Shown here in pieces: positions 1-7,274 of a DNA stretch of 44,320 nt. Each line of letters begins with the position of its first letter. Positions within the stretch are counted from its first letter, which is position 1. A model generated the notes under the pieces. That model was given only the letters and a program-made list of their open reading frames with translations. It was not told the DNA's origin and made no database searches. A program made the position numbers and the translations under genes. Origin of the DNA: Escherichia phage vB_EcoA_fTuEco01; the sequence record MZ031013.1; one strand, 5' to 3'.

Positions 1-110
1 TCTCGCCCTCGCCCTCGCCGGATTTCCCCCATATGGGGCCGCGCTGCGGTTGGCTTGGGAATTGGGCTAGGCTGGGCCGATTTCATCGGGTAGGCTGAGG
101 GTTGCCTTGT
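1..110. repeat. Left genome end, terminal-repeat-like region: (CGCCCT)x3 at 3..19 and perfect palindrome CCCCATATGGGG at 27..38
   Basis: Direct tandem CGCCCT x3 and the palindrome are read directly from the sequence. T7 has an analogous TTCCCCCATAGGGGG-type element in its terminal repeat. The extent of the repeat cannot be set because the right end is not in the window. Confidence 0.4.
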
Positions 111-680
111 ACTAGCTTAGTGGTACACAAGGGGAACGCCTAGGAAGCGCTGGGGCACGCCTTAGTATTGGACAAGGTGATTGCCTTAGTGCAACCGCTT
201 AGGGCTTACACAGGCCGTTTTAGGGCCATTCCTGAGCGTTTGACAGGGTGGGCGGGCGTGGGCTATCTGTTCGTTTCGCTCCACTGCGTTACGCTACACT
301 CACCGCGCTTGTGTACCTTAGGTTATTCCTTGATGGATAGCTTAGGTTAGCCTTAGTGGACTACCTTAGTTAAAGCCTTAGTGCTTAGCTTAGTATCAGC
401 TTAGTAGTGTACCTTAGTCAGACTTAGTGTCTTCTCTTAGTGATTGCACATGCAAGCATGTAAGATGCCATTAGGTCGCGGTCGGTAGACCGCTAAAGAA
501 AGAGAATAGTAATAAGATGCAGTAGGAGGAACACCAGAAACCTAGCCAACCTAGCCTATCCTAGCTCTGTATCTATTGCTTTCCTTAGTCTCACATGTTA
601 GACAACCTATGTTTATCTTAGTAGTTGTGACATGTATCACATAAATAATCTATCTTAGTGAAACTTAGTGTTGACATAGG
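110..680. repeat. Array of more than 15 short (C)CTTAGT(G) repeats at irregular spacing, analogous to the heptamer arrays flanking T7 terminal repeats
   Basis: CTTAGT recurs at about 114, 165, 186, 330-440 (about 10 copies, e.g. gccttagtggactaccttagttaaagccttagtgcttagcttagtatcagcttagtagtgtaccttagtcagacttagtgtcttctcttagtg), 586, 618, 653 and 664. The same motif reappears at the right edge of the window (44049, 44138, 44268). Confidence 0.6.
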
Positions 681-700
681 CAATCAACTGGTATACATTA
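638..700 (+). promoter_or_regulatory. Candidate host sigma70 early promoter: TTGACA (671..676), 17-nt spacer, TACATT (694..699)
   Basis: Perfect -35 hexamer with a 17-nt spacer and a 4/6 -10 hexamer, upstream of the early gene block. No transcript data. Confidence 0.4.
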
Positions 701-829
701 GCAATCACTGAGACGGACCTAGCAAGCTGTCTCAGGTTATAAGCAGGAGAATTGATGCGTAAGCCATAGCTAGTGGATGTAGTCGCATGAAGGCTTGAGT
801 AAGGGGCCGCTTAATACCTTCTTCCTCTG

Positions 830-905
830 GAGACAACGCTTATAACACTGCTCTTTAACAATCTGCTTAGTGTAACCTATGTATGCCGTGGTTAATTACT
901 TATTG
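830..905 (+). promoter_or_regulatory. Early intergenic structured element 1 with conserved core CTCTTTAACAATC (851..863); RNase III-site-like
   Basis: The core is shared with three other early intergenic elements. It also contains tgtaacctatgtatgccgtgg (873..893), which is the near-exact reverse complement of 1644..1663 in element 2. Confidence 0.35.
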
Positions 906-919
906 AATAGGAATTAACT

Positions 920-1015
920 ATGAATTATGAAGAAATGTATGAAGTCTATTTCGACTCATTAGATGAAGGAGAAGAAGCATTATCCTTCGCTGAGTTTGTG
1001 GAGGCCTTATCGTGA
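920..1015 (+). CDS. Hypothetical early protein, 31 aa, acidic
   Basis: ATG at 920; the TGA stop overlaps the GTG start of the next ORF (GTGA). Not in the ORF track because it is under 60 aa. Confidence 0.3.
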   Translation: MNYEEMYEVYFDSLDEGEEALSFAEFVEALS

Positions 1016-1239
1016 AAGTACAGGTAAGGGCTTACAACATGCCAGTTGATGAGATTCAGCACTTTCTAGATAAAGGCTATGATTTATGTAAGATGCGCAC
1101 ACCAGATAACTATGACTACTCACCTAAATATCTGCATTATATTGATCTTAAGATGGGTAAGAAGTTAGTTATTACAGGTACTGCATATAACCGCATTATC
1201 AAAGTTCTTAAAGAGGGTGCTAATCATGACATTAAATAA
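1012..1239 (+). CDS. Hypothetical early protein, 75 aa
   Basis: ORF track entry with a GTG start coupled to the upstream stop. No recognisable motif. Confidence 0.5.
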   Translation: MKVQVRAYNMPVDEIQHFLDKGYDLCKMRTPDNYDYSPKYLHYIDLKMGKKLVITGTAYNRIIKVLKEGANHDIK

Positions 1240-1405
1240 CCGTGAACTGCACGTTCTCTTCACCCTGTTATGTTACATGATTCGTAACAACGAATTACTT
1301 ACAGATGATGAGTTAGCCTTGTATCACCGCTTTCTTAACGAAGGTTGGACCGATATAGTTAATCAATACCGTAACATGATAGATGAGTTGAGGGAGGGTA
1401 AATAA
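1226..1405 (+). CDS. Hypothetical early protein, 59 aa
   Basis: ATG at 1226 preceded by an AAGAGGG RBS at 1211..1217; the track ORF starts at an upstream GTG at 1217. Confidence 0.5.
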   Translation: MTLNNRELHVLFTLLCYMIRNNELLTDDELALYHRFLNEGWTDIVNQYRNMIDELREGK

Positions 1406-1629
1406 TGTATCAACATGAGGTATTCTTTGAATCAGCTAGCGAAGCTATTCGCTTCCGTGATGATATGATGCAAGCTGGTGTAGGCGTTGATGTGTATCAC
1501 TATTTGATAGACTACGACACTGAATATCACCGAGTTACCTTAGTATCTGAGTATGACAACCAAGTCATTACTGAGTATCTAGGTAGTGAAGATTATGATT
1601 ACGATGAAGTAATCACGACAAATCTCTAA
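1405..1629 (+). CDS. Hypothetical early protein, 74 aa, acidic
   Basis: ATG overlaps the upstream stop (TAATG). Rich in Asp/Glu/Tyr. Confidence 0.5.
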   Translation: MYQHEVFFESASEAIRFRDDMMQAGVGVDVYHYLIDYDTEYHRVTLVSEYDNQVITEYLGSEDYDYDEVITTNL

Positions 1630-1637
1630 ATTAACTA

Positions 1638-1666
1638 TTGACAACCACGGCATACAAGGTTACATT
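1638..1666 (+). promoter_or_regulatory. Candidate host sigma70 promoter: TTGACA (1638..1643), 17-nt spacer, TACATT (1661..1666)
   Basis: Same -35/-10 hexamers and spacing as the candidate at 671. Confidence 0.4.
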
Positions 1667-1745
1667 AAGCATCAAGACGGCGACGTCTTTAAACATCCCG
1701 CTCTTTAACAATCGGGCTAGTGCCTTGGTAGGCTAACTACTTACT
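1640..1745 (+). promoter_or_regulatory. Early intergenic structured element 2 with core CTCTTTAACAATC (1701..1713); RNase III-site-like
   Basis: Conserved core plus flanking complementary segments, lying between two early ORFs. Confidence 0.35.
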
Positions 1746-1755
1746 AAGGTGAACT

Positions 1756-1968
1756 ATGAACTACTGCGACATCGCTCACGAATTACGCATGGAACGTGAG
1801 AAACAAGAGAAGCGGATTATCAAGAAGATGGCTGTACTGCTTGCACACTATAAGGCAGACAAACAGCCAACACATGATGAGTTCGTGGACTTCTGTAACA
1901 TGTATCTTAATGTGAGTAAGGCCACTGGTTACAGATGGCTTAAAGCACTGAATGATGGAGAATTGTAG
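1756..1968 (+). CDS. Hypothetical early protein, 70 aa, possible small DNA-binding protein
   Basis: ORF track entry; the C-terminal segment VSKATGYRWLKAL looks helix-turn-helix-like. Weak. Confidence 0.45.
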   Translation: MNYCDIAHELRMEREKQEKRIIKKMAVLLAHYKADKQPTHDEFVDFCNMYLNVSKATGYRWLKALNDGEL

Positions 1969-1971
1969 CAA

Positions 1972-2060
1972 TAAGCCAGCTTAATAGCTGGCCTATCAAG
2001 GCACTAACCTAGCCCTTTAACAATCTGGTTTGTGTCTTGATAGGCTTACTAACAGAAAGG
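1972..2060 (+). promoter_or_regulatory. Early intergenic structured element 3 with core CCCTTTAACAATC (2013..2025)
   Basis: Hairpin gccagc-ttaata-gctggc at 1975..1992; arms cctatcaaggcac (1992..2004) and gtgtcttgatagg (2032..2044) are complementary and enclose the core. Confidence 0.4.
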
Positions 2061-2069
2061 TAAATTATC

Positions 2070-2237
2070 ATGGAAACTTTAATCGTTACCACTACAATCA
2101 ACGGCGTAAGTATCAGCATAACTAAGTATTCTTCCGAAGAGTATGAAGTGAATCACGGAATAGCTGCTATGGTGTATGACAACTTGGCAGATGCCGTGGA
2201 GCATTGGATACAGTCATGTAAGGCTGCAATTAAGTAG
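2070..2237 (+). CDS. Hypothetical early protein, 55 aa
   Basis: ATG at 2070 with upstream AGAAAGG; stop TAG at 2235..2237. Under 60 aa, so not in the track. Confidence 0.4.
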   Translation: METLIVTTTINGVSISITKYSSEEYEVNHGIAAMVYDNLADAVEHWIQSCKAAIK

Positions 2238-2244
2238 GAAAGAT

Positions 2245-2360
2245 AAGGCTGGCACTAGCCAGCCTATCAAGGCACAAGCCACGCTCTTTAACAATATGGG
2301 TAGTCGCTTCTTAGTCTGGATAGGTTAAACCTAGGAGATTCTCTTGAGTCTCCTATAATG
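2245..2360 (+). promoter_or_regulatory. Early intergenic structured element 4 with core CTCTTTAACAATA (2284..2296), a further hairpin at 2334..2353 and a perfect TATAAT at 2354..2359
   Basis: Hairpin ggctgg-cact-agccagcc at 2250..2267; arms cctatcaagg and ctggatagg are near-complementary; ggagattc-tctt-gagtctcc forms a second hairpin. Confidence 0.35.
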
Positions 2361-2391
2361 TAACCTAACTAACTAAATGAGGATTAATAAC

Positions 2392-2748
2392 ATGGCTATG
2401 TCTAATAAGACTTACTCTCAGGTTTACAACACCGCTCATGCTGCATTAGTTGAACGTATCTGGGATGATGCTATTGATTGTATCGATAACGCACATGATG
2501 CAATCCATGAGGTGGCGGATAGTGCTGTACCAATCTATTATGCTGACATCTTCTCGGTGATGGCCAGTGAAGGCATCGACCACTTCTTCGAGGATTCTGG
2601 CTTAATGCCAGACACTAAGGATGTGACGGTCGTACTACAAGCCCGTATTTATGAACAACTCACCATTGATTTATGGGAACGTGTTCAAGATATGATTGAT
2701 GCGTACATCGATTCCGCTGAGGATTCAGAAGAAGAGGAGGAAGAATAA
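2392..2748 (+). CDS. ocr: Ocr-like DNA-mimic anti-restriction protein (T7 gene 0.3 homologue), 118 aa
   Basis: The translation MAMSNKTY...[15 protein letters not shown]...[13 protein letters not shown]...[15 protein letters not shown]...EDSEEEEEE matches T7 Ocr as I recall it, nearly residue for residue in the conserved blocks, including the acidic C-terminus. Start moved to the ATG at 2392 to match T7 MAMSN. Confidence 0.85.
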   Translation: MAMSNKTYSQVYNTAHAALVERIWDDAIDCIDNAHDAIHEVADSAVPIYYADIFSVMASEGIDHFFEDSGLMPDTKDVTVVLQARIYEQLTIDLWERVQDMIDAYIDSAEDSEEEEEE

Positions 2749-2750
2749 AG

Positions 2751-2867
2751 ATGGAAAGGCAATATAACTTCATCTTCTCAGACGGTGTAACCCTGAAATG
2801 TTCCTTACGATTTGCGCAGATTCGTGAGGAAGTACTAGGAACTACATACAAGCCATTTAGCTGACAC
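2751..2867 (+). CDS. Hypothetical early protein, 38 aa
   Basis: ATG at 2751 immediately after the ocr stop, with AGGAGGAAG inside the ocr 3' end acting as an RBS. Confidence 0.3.
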
Positions 2868-2875
2868 TATAAGAG
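2855..2875 (+). promoter_or_regulatory. Degenerate phage-type promoter (ATTTAGCTGACACTATAAGAG)
   Basis: Matches the SP6-type core GACACTATA with a deviant +1 region. It is the most upstream phage-promoter-like site. Confidence 0.35.
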
Positions 2876-2940
2876 AAGGCTTAACAAGGCGTTGCTACGG
2901 TAGCGCCTGATTAAACTTTCACTTACTAGGAGTTAAGATT

Positions 2941-3168
2941 ATGGATTTAGATAGCATCATTATGGCATTTGCTCTTATTGGCTTAAGCTGGTGCTCCTAT
3001 CACCTTTACCGTGAGTTCTTATTTGATAAAGCTAAACGCAAACTAAGAAAGGAAGGCGGTAATTACCTTTGTATAAGAGGTGGCTTAGTCGAATACATTG
3101 CACCTAACGGCATGGAGTGCGCCATTAACAAAGATGCATTTATAGAGACGTGGCATTACATCAAGTAG
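2941..3168 (+). CDS. Hypothetical small membrane protein, 75 aa
   Basis: N-terminal hydrophobic segment IIMAFALIGLSWCSY; GGAG RBS upstream. Confidence 0.5.
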   Translation: MDLDSIIMAFALIGLSWCSYHLYREFLFDKAKRKLRKEGGNYLCIRGGLVEYIAPNGMECAINKDAFIETWHYIK

Positions 3169-3232
3169 CTAGCCTATAGCCTACCTGTGTGGGCTATGTG
3201 ATATTTACTTACCACTATATAAGGTGACTATT

Positions 3233-4117
3233 ATGACTACTGAAAACACCCTCCTGTCTGTCCGCGAAGCTGCAACCGCTGAGATTAAGCAGCATTTGGA
3301 TAATATCGGCACTTCTTACATCAAAGTAGGTGCTTGTCTGAATGAGTTACGCGGAGACTTCGAAGGTCAAAAAGAGTTCTTAGCCTATGTTGAAGCAGAG
3401 TTCGGCATCAAGAAAGCACAATGCTACAAGCTGATGAGTGTAGCCCGTGTCTTTGAAGGTGACGAACGATTCAAAGGCGTGGCTATGCGTGTAATGCTGG
3501 CGCTTGTTCCTTTCGCTGATGAGAGTATCATCATGGAGAAGGCCGCAGAACTTGCCGCAGAGGGCAAGCTGGACACTAACGCCGTAAACGCCCTAATTGA
3601 GTCTAAGAAAGAGCCAAAGGCCGAGACGGTACAATCTAAGGCTGAGCCAGTAAAACCGCAGGAGAACGCGGCTGAGGCCGCAGAATCACAGGAAACGCAA
3701 GCGCCGCAGGTAGTGCCGCCAATGAGTGAGCCGGACACCGACGAATCCGCACCGTGGGAGGGCGAAAGCAAGCCGGAAGCACCTAAGGCTGCGCCTCTGG
3801 ACAACACTGCTAACACAGAGAACGCCGCCATGGCTGGCCTGTTGGCACAAATTAAGGCACTGACTGAGCAATTACAGGCGGCTAACGACCGCATCGCAGC
3901 TCTAACCAGTGCACGTGAAAGCAAGAAGGCAGCCGCGCCTATGCTCCCACAATTCAAATCCAAATGTTTCTATGCTCGCTTGGGTTTGAGTGCTGAGGAG
4001 GCAGAGAAGAAAACAGCAGTGAACAAGGCACGCCGCGAACTGGTTAAACTGGGATACGGTGAAGGCCATGAGGCATGGCCCTTAATCTCTGAGGCAGTAG
4101 AAGAATTAACTAAGTAA
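3233..4117 (+). CDS. Hypothetical early protein, 294 aa, with a low-complexity Ala/Glu/Pro/Lys-rich linker and a C-terminal coiled-coil
   Basis: ATG at 3233 preceded by AAGGTGA. It sits at the position of T7 gene 0.7 but has no kinase motifs that I can see. Confidence 0.55.
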   Translation: MTTENTLLSVREAATAEIKQHLDNIGTSYIKVGACLNELRGDFEGQKEFLAYVEAEFGIKKAQCYKLMSVARVFEGDERFKGVAMRVMLALVPFADESIIMEKAAELAAEGKLDTNAVNALIESKKEPKAETVQSKAEPVKPQENAAEAAESQETQAPQVVPPMSEPDTDESAPWEGESKPEAPKAAPLDNTANTENAAMAGLLAQIKALTEQLQAANDRIAALTSARESKKAAAPMLPQFKSKCFYARLGLSAEEAEKKTAVNKARRELVKLGYGEGHEAWPLISEAVEELTK

Positions 4118-4180
4118 CCTTATCGGTGGCATCTTCTTAGGTGTCACCTATTAAGGTTTCTTTCACTAGGAGTAAACAAG

Positions 4181-6808
4181 ATGCAAGACCTACACGCTAT
4201 TCAACTTCAACTTGAAGAAGAAATGTTTAACGGCGGTATCCGTCGCTTTGAAGCGGACCAACAACGCCAGATTGCATCCGGTAATGAATCAGACACGGCA
4301 TGGAATCGCCGTTTATTGTCCGAGTTAATCGCGCCAATGGCTGAAGGTATTCAGGCATACAAGGAAGAGTATGAAGGTAAAAGAGGCCGTGCACCGCGTG
4401 CATTAGCTTTCATTAACTGCGTAGAAAACGAAGTGGCAGCATATATCACGATGAAAATCGTTATGGATATGCTGAATACAGACGTTACCTTACAAGCAAT
4501 CGCTATGAATGTAGCGGACCGCATCGAAGACCAAGTACGTTTTAGCAAGCTGGAAGGTCACGCAGCTAAGTACTTTGAGAAAGTGAAGAAGTCGCTTAAG
4601 GCTAGCAAGACTAAATCTTATCGTCATGCGCACAACGTAGCGGTAGTAGCTGAGAAATCTGTTGCTGACCGTGACGCGGATTTCTCCCGTTGGGAGGCAT
4701 GGCCTAAAGATACCTTGCTACAAATCGGTATGACCTTGCTAGAAATACTGGAAAATAGTGTATTCTTCAATGGTCAGCCTGTCTTTCTTCGCACCTTGCG
4801 CACTAATGGTGGCAAGCATGGCGTTTACTACTTACAGACCAGTGAACACGTAGGGGAATGGATTACAGCATTTAAAGAACATGTAGCGCAACTTAGCCCG
4901 GCTTATGCACCTTGCGTTATACCTCCGCGTCCGTGGGTTTCTCCTTTTAATGGCGGTTTTCACACTGAGAAGGTAGCAAGTCGTGTGCGTCTTGTTAAAG
5001 GCAGCCGTGAACACGTCCGCAAGCTGACCAAAAAGCAAATGCCAGCGGTTTACAAGGCTGTTAACGCTTTGCAGGCGACTAAATGGCAGGTTAACAAGGA
5101 AGTTTTACAGGTTGTTGAGGACGTAATACGGCTTGATTTAGGCTATGGCGTACCTTCCTTCAAACCACTCATCGACCGCGAGAACAAGCCAGCTAATCCG
5201 GTGCCGTTAGAGTTCCAGCACCTGCGAGGCCGTGAACTGAAAGAAATGTTAACACCGGAACAATGGCAAGCCTTCATCAACTGGAAAGGTGAATGCACCA
5301 AGCTGTATACCGCTGAGACTAAGCGCGGCAGCAAATCGGCGGCGACCGTCCGCATGGTAGGGCAGGCCCGTAAATACAGCCAATTTGACGCAATATACTT
5401 CGTGTATGCTCTGGACAGCCGCAGCCGCGTCTACGCGCAATCTAGCACGCTCTCTCCGCAATCAAACGACTTAGGCAAGGCATTGCTCCGTTTTACCGAA
5501 GGGCAGCGTCTTGATAGCGCTGAGGCGCTTAAGTGGTTTTTGGTGAACGGGGCTAATAACTGGGGTTGGGATAAGAAAACTTTTGACGTGCGCACCGCTA
5601 ACGTGCTGGATAGTGAATTTCAAGACATGTGCCGCGACATTGCAGCGGATCCGCTGACCTTCACTCAATGGGTAAATGCCGACTCCCCTTACGGCTTCCT
5701 TGCATGGTGCTTTGAATATGCGCGTTATCTGGATGCACTGGATGAAGGCACGCAAGACCAATTCATGACGCACCTCCCAGTCCATCAAGATGGTAGTTGT
5801 TCTGGTATCCAGCACTACAGTGCTATGCTACGCGATGCAGTAGGTGCGAAAGCGGTAAACCTTAAGCCCTCTGACTCACCTCAAGATATTTATGGTGCCG
5901 TTGCGCAGGTAGTAATTCAGAAGAATTATGCATACATGAATGCAGAGGATGCGGAAACCTTCACTTCTGGCAGCGTGACTTTAACAGGTGCAGAACTTCG
6001 TAGCATGGCTAGTGCGTGGGATATGATAGGAATCACTCGCGGCCTGACCAAAAAGCCTGTAATGACACTACCTTATGGCAGCACACGTCTAACCTGCCGT
6101 GAATCAGTGATTGATTATATCGTTGATTTGGAAGAAAAAGAGGCCCAACGGGCTATTGCGGAAGGGCGTACCGCCAATCCTGTACATCCTTTTGATAATG
6201 ACCGCAAAGACAGCCTGACACCTAGCGCAGCTTATAACTATATGACAGCTTTAATCTGGCCTTCTATTTCGGAAGTGGTTAAAGCTCCTATAGTGGCAAT
6301 GAAAATGATTCGTCAGCTTGCACGTTTCGCAGCTAAAAGAAACGAAGGCTTAGAATATCCCTTACCAACTGGCTTCATCTTGCAACAAAAGATAATGGCT
6401 ACCGATATGCTCCGCGTATCCACTTGCTTGATGGGTGAAATCAAGATGAGTCTCCAGATTGAAACAGATGTAGTTGATGAAACGGCAATGATGGGTGCGG
6501 CTGCTCCTAACTTCGTCCATGGTCACGATGCTAGCCACCTGATTCTGACTGTATGTGACCTAGTGGATAAAGGTATTACATCCATTGCAGTCATCCATGA
6601 TTCTTTCGGTACTCATGCAGGACGTACCGCAGACCTGCGGGATAGCTTAAGGGAAGAAATGGTTAAGATGTATCAAAACCATAATGCCCTGCAAAACCTG
6701 CTAGATGTGCACGAAGAGCGTTGGTTAGTAGACACCGGAATCCAAGTACCAGAGCAAGGAGAGTTTGACCTTAACGAAATCTTAGTTTCAGACTATTGTT
6801 TCGCATAA
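4181..6808 (+). CDS. Single-subunit DNA-directed RNA polymerase (T7 gene 1-like), 875 aa
   Basis: [22 protein letters not shown] and the C-terminal ILVSDYCFA correspond to T7 RNAP motifs ([22 protein letters not shown], ...FAFA). Size is close to SP6 RNAP. Confidence 0.95.
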   Translation: MQDLHAIQLQLEEEMFNGGIRRFEADQQRQIASGNESDTAWNRRLLSELIAPMAEGIQAYKEEYEGKRGRAPRALAFINCVENEVAAYITMKIVMDMLNTDVTLQAIAMNVADRIEDQVRFSKLEGHAAKYFEKVKKSLKASKTKSYRHAHNVAVVAEKSVADRDADFSRWEAWPKDTLLQIGMTLLEILENSVFFNGQPVFLRTLRTNGGKHGVYYLQTSEHVGEWITAFKEHVAQLSPAYAPCVIPPRPWVSPFNGGFHTEKVASRVRLVKGSREHVRKLTKKQMPAVYKAVNALQATKWQVNKEVLQVVEDVIRLDLGYGVPSFKPLIDRENKPANPVPLEFQHLRGRELKEMLTPEQWQAFINWKGECTKLYTAETKRGSKSAATVRMVGQARKYSQFDAIYFVYALDSRSRVYAQSSTLSPQSNDLGKALLRFTEGQRLDSAEALKWFLVNGANNWGWDKKTFDVRTANVLDSEFQDMCRDIAADPLTFTQWVNADSPYGFLAWCFEYARYLDALDEGTQDQFMTHLPVHQDGSCSGIQHYSAMLRDAVGAKAVNLKPSDSPQDIYGAVAQVVIQKNYAYMNAEDAETFTSGSVTLTGAELRSMASAWDMIGITRGLTKKPVMTLPYGSTRLTCRESVIDYIVDLEEKEAQRAIAEGRTANPVHPFDNDRKDSLTPSAAYNYMTALIWPSISEVVKAPIVAMKMIRQLARFAAKRNEGLEYPLPTGFILQQKIMATDMLRVSTCLMGEIKMSLQIETDVVDETAMMGAAAPNFVHGHDASHLILTVCDLVDKGITSIAVIHDSFGTHAGRTADLRDSLREEMVKMYQNHNALQNLLDVHEERWLVDTGIQVPEQGEFDLNEILVSDYCFA

Positions 6809-6816
6809 TATTAATA

Positions 6817-6845
6817 GGCCATTCCTTAGGGAGTGGCCTTTTTCT
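6817..6845 (+). terminator. Rho-independent terminator after the RNAP gene
   Basis: ggccattcc-ttag-ggagtggcc stem (one G-U pair) followed by TTTTTCTTT. Confidence 0.65.
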
Positions 6846-6882
6846 TTACCTACTACCTGTAACATTTCATTAACATAAAAGT

Positions 6883-6898
6883 GTCTCACATGTGAGAC
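6883..6898. repeat. Conserved perfect palindrome GTCTCACATGTGAGAC, copy 1
   Basis: 16-bp perfect inverted repeat read from the sequence; it ends 2 nt before the promoter at 6901. Confidence 0.8.
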
Positions 6899-6900
6899 TT

Positions 6901-6921
6901 ATTTACCGGACACTATAGGAT
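6901..6921 (+). promoter_or_regulatory. Phage RNAP promoter (ATTTACCGGACACTATAGGAT)
   Basis: Match to the window consensus ATTTACyGGACACTATAGAAG (SP6-type). Confidence 0.75.
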
Positions 6922-6924
6922 AGC

Positions 6925-7065
6925 CGTCGGAGACGGGAAAGAAAGGGAAGATAAAGGATATAAAGGAAGTAATAGGTATTAAAGGTTATATAGGTTATCT
7001 AGGAATACCTAGGAATACCTATTACCTTCTTCCTTCCTCTTATTACCACTTAGAGGAAGGGCAGA
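6925..7065. other. Purine-rich / pyrimidine-rich AT-rich block with internal inverted repeat and tandem TAGGAATACC x2; candidate primary replication origin
   Basis: gggaaagaaagggaagataaaggatataaaggaagtaataggtatt ... aggaatacctaggaatacctattaccttcttccttcctcttattacc; the two halves are near reverse complements. The block is flanked by two phage promoters, as in the T7 primary origin downstream of gene 1. Confidence 0.45.
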
Positions 7066-7073
7066 CCTAGGTT

Positions 7074-7089
7074 GTCTCACATGTGAGAC
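7074..7089. repeat. Conserved palindrome GTCTCACATGTGAGAC, copy 2
   Basis: Perfect 16-bp palindrome, 5 nt upstream of the promoter at 7095. Confidence 0.8.
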
Positions 7090-7094
7090 TTCGT

Positions 7095-7115
7095 ATTTAC
7101 CGGACAGTATAGATA
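7095..7115 (+). promoter_or_regulatory. Phage RNAP promoter variant (ATTTACCGGACAGTATAGATA)
   Basis: Consensus match with C to G at -7 and a deviant initiating region. Confidence 0.6.
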
Positions 7116-7142
7116 AGATTAACTCACTTTGGAGATTTAACC

Positions 7143-7271
7143 ATGCGTAACTTTGAGAAGATGGCCCGTAAAGCTAACCGTTTTGACATAGAAGAAGGGC
7201 AGAAGAAAGGCAAGAAGCTGAATAAGCCTGTCCGTGACCGTACATCTAAACGCGCAGCGTGGGAGTTCTAA
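7143..7271 (+). CDS. Hypothetical small basic protein, 42 aa
   Basis: ATG at 7143, basic composition (MRNFEKMARKANRF...). Under 60 aa, so not in the track. Confidence 0.4.
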   Translation: MRNFEKMARKANRFDIEEGQKKGKKLNKPVRDRTSKRAAWEF

Positions 7272-7274
7272 GTT

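Noticed and set aside
110-680. CRISPR array as an explanation for the CTTAGT repeats
   Set aside because: Repeat units are only 6-7 bp with irregular short spacers, there are no cas genes, and the location at a T7-like genome end fits terminal short-repeat arrays instead.
3424-3963. Minus-strand ORF of 179 aa, Ala/Ser-rich
   Set aside because: Lies antisense to the low-complexity GC-rich linker of the 294-aa + strand gene; no RBS; every supported gene in this phage type is on the + strand.
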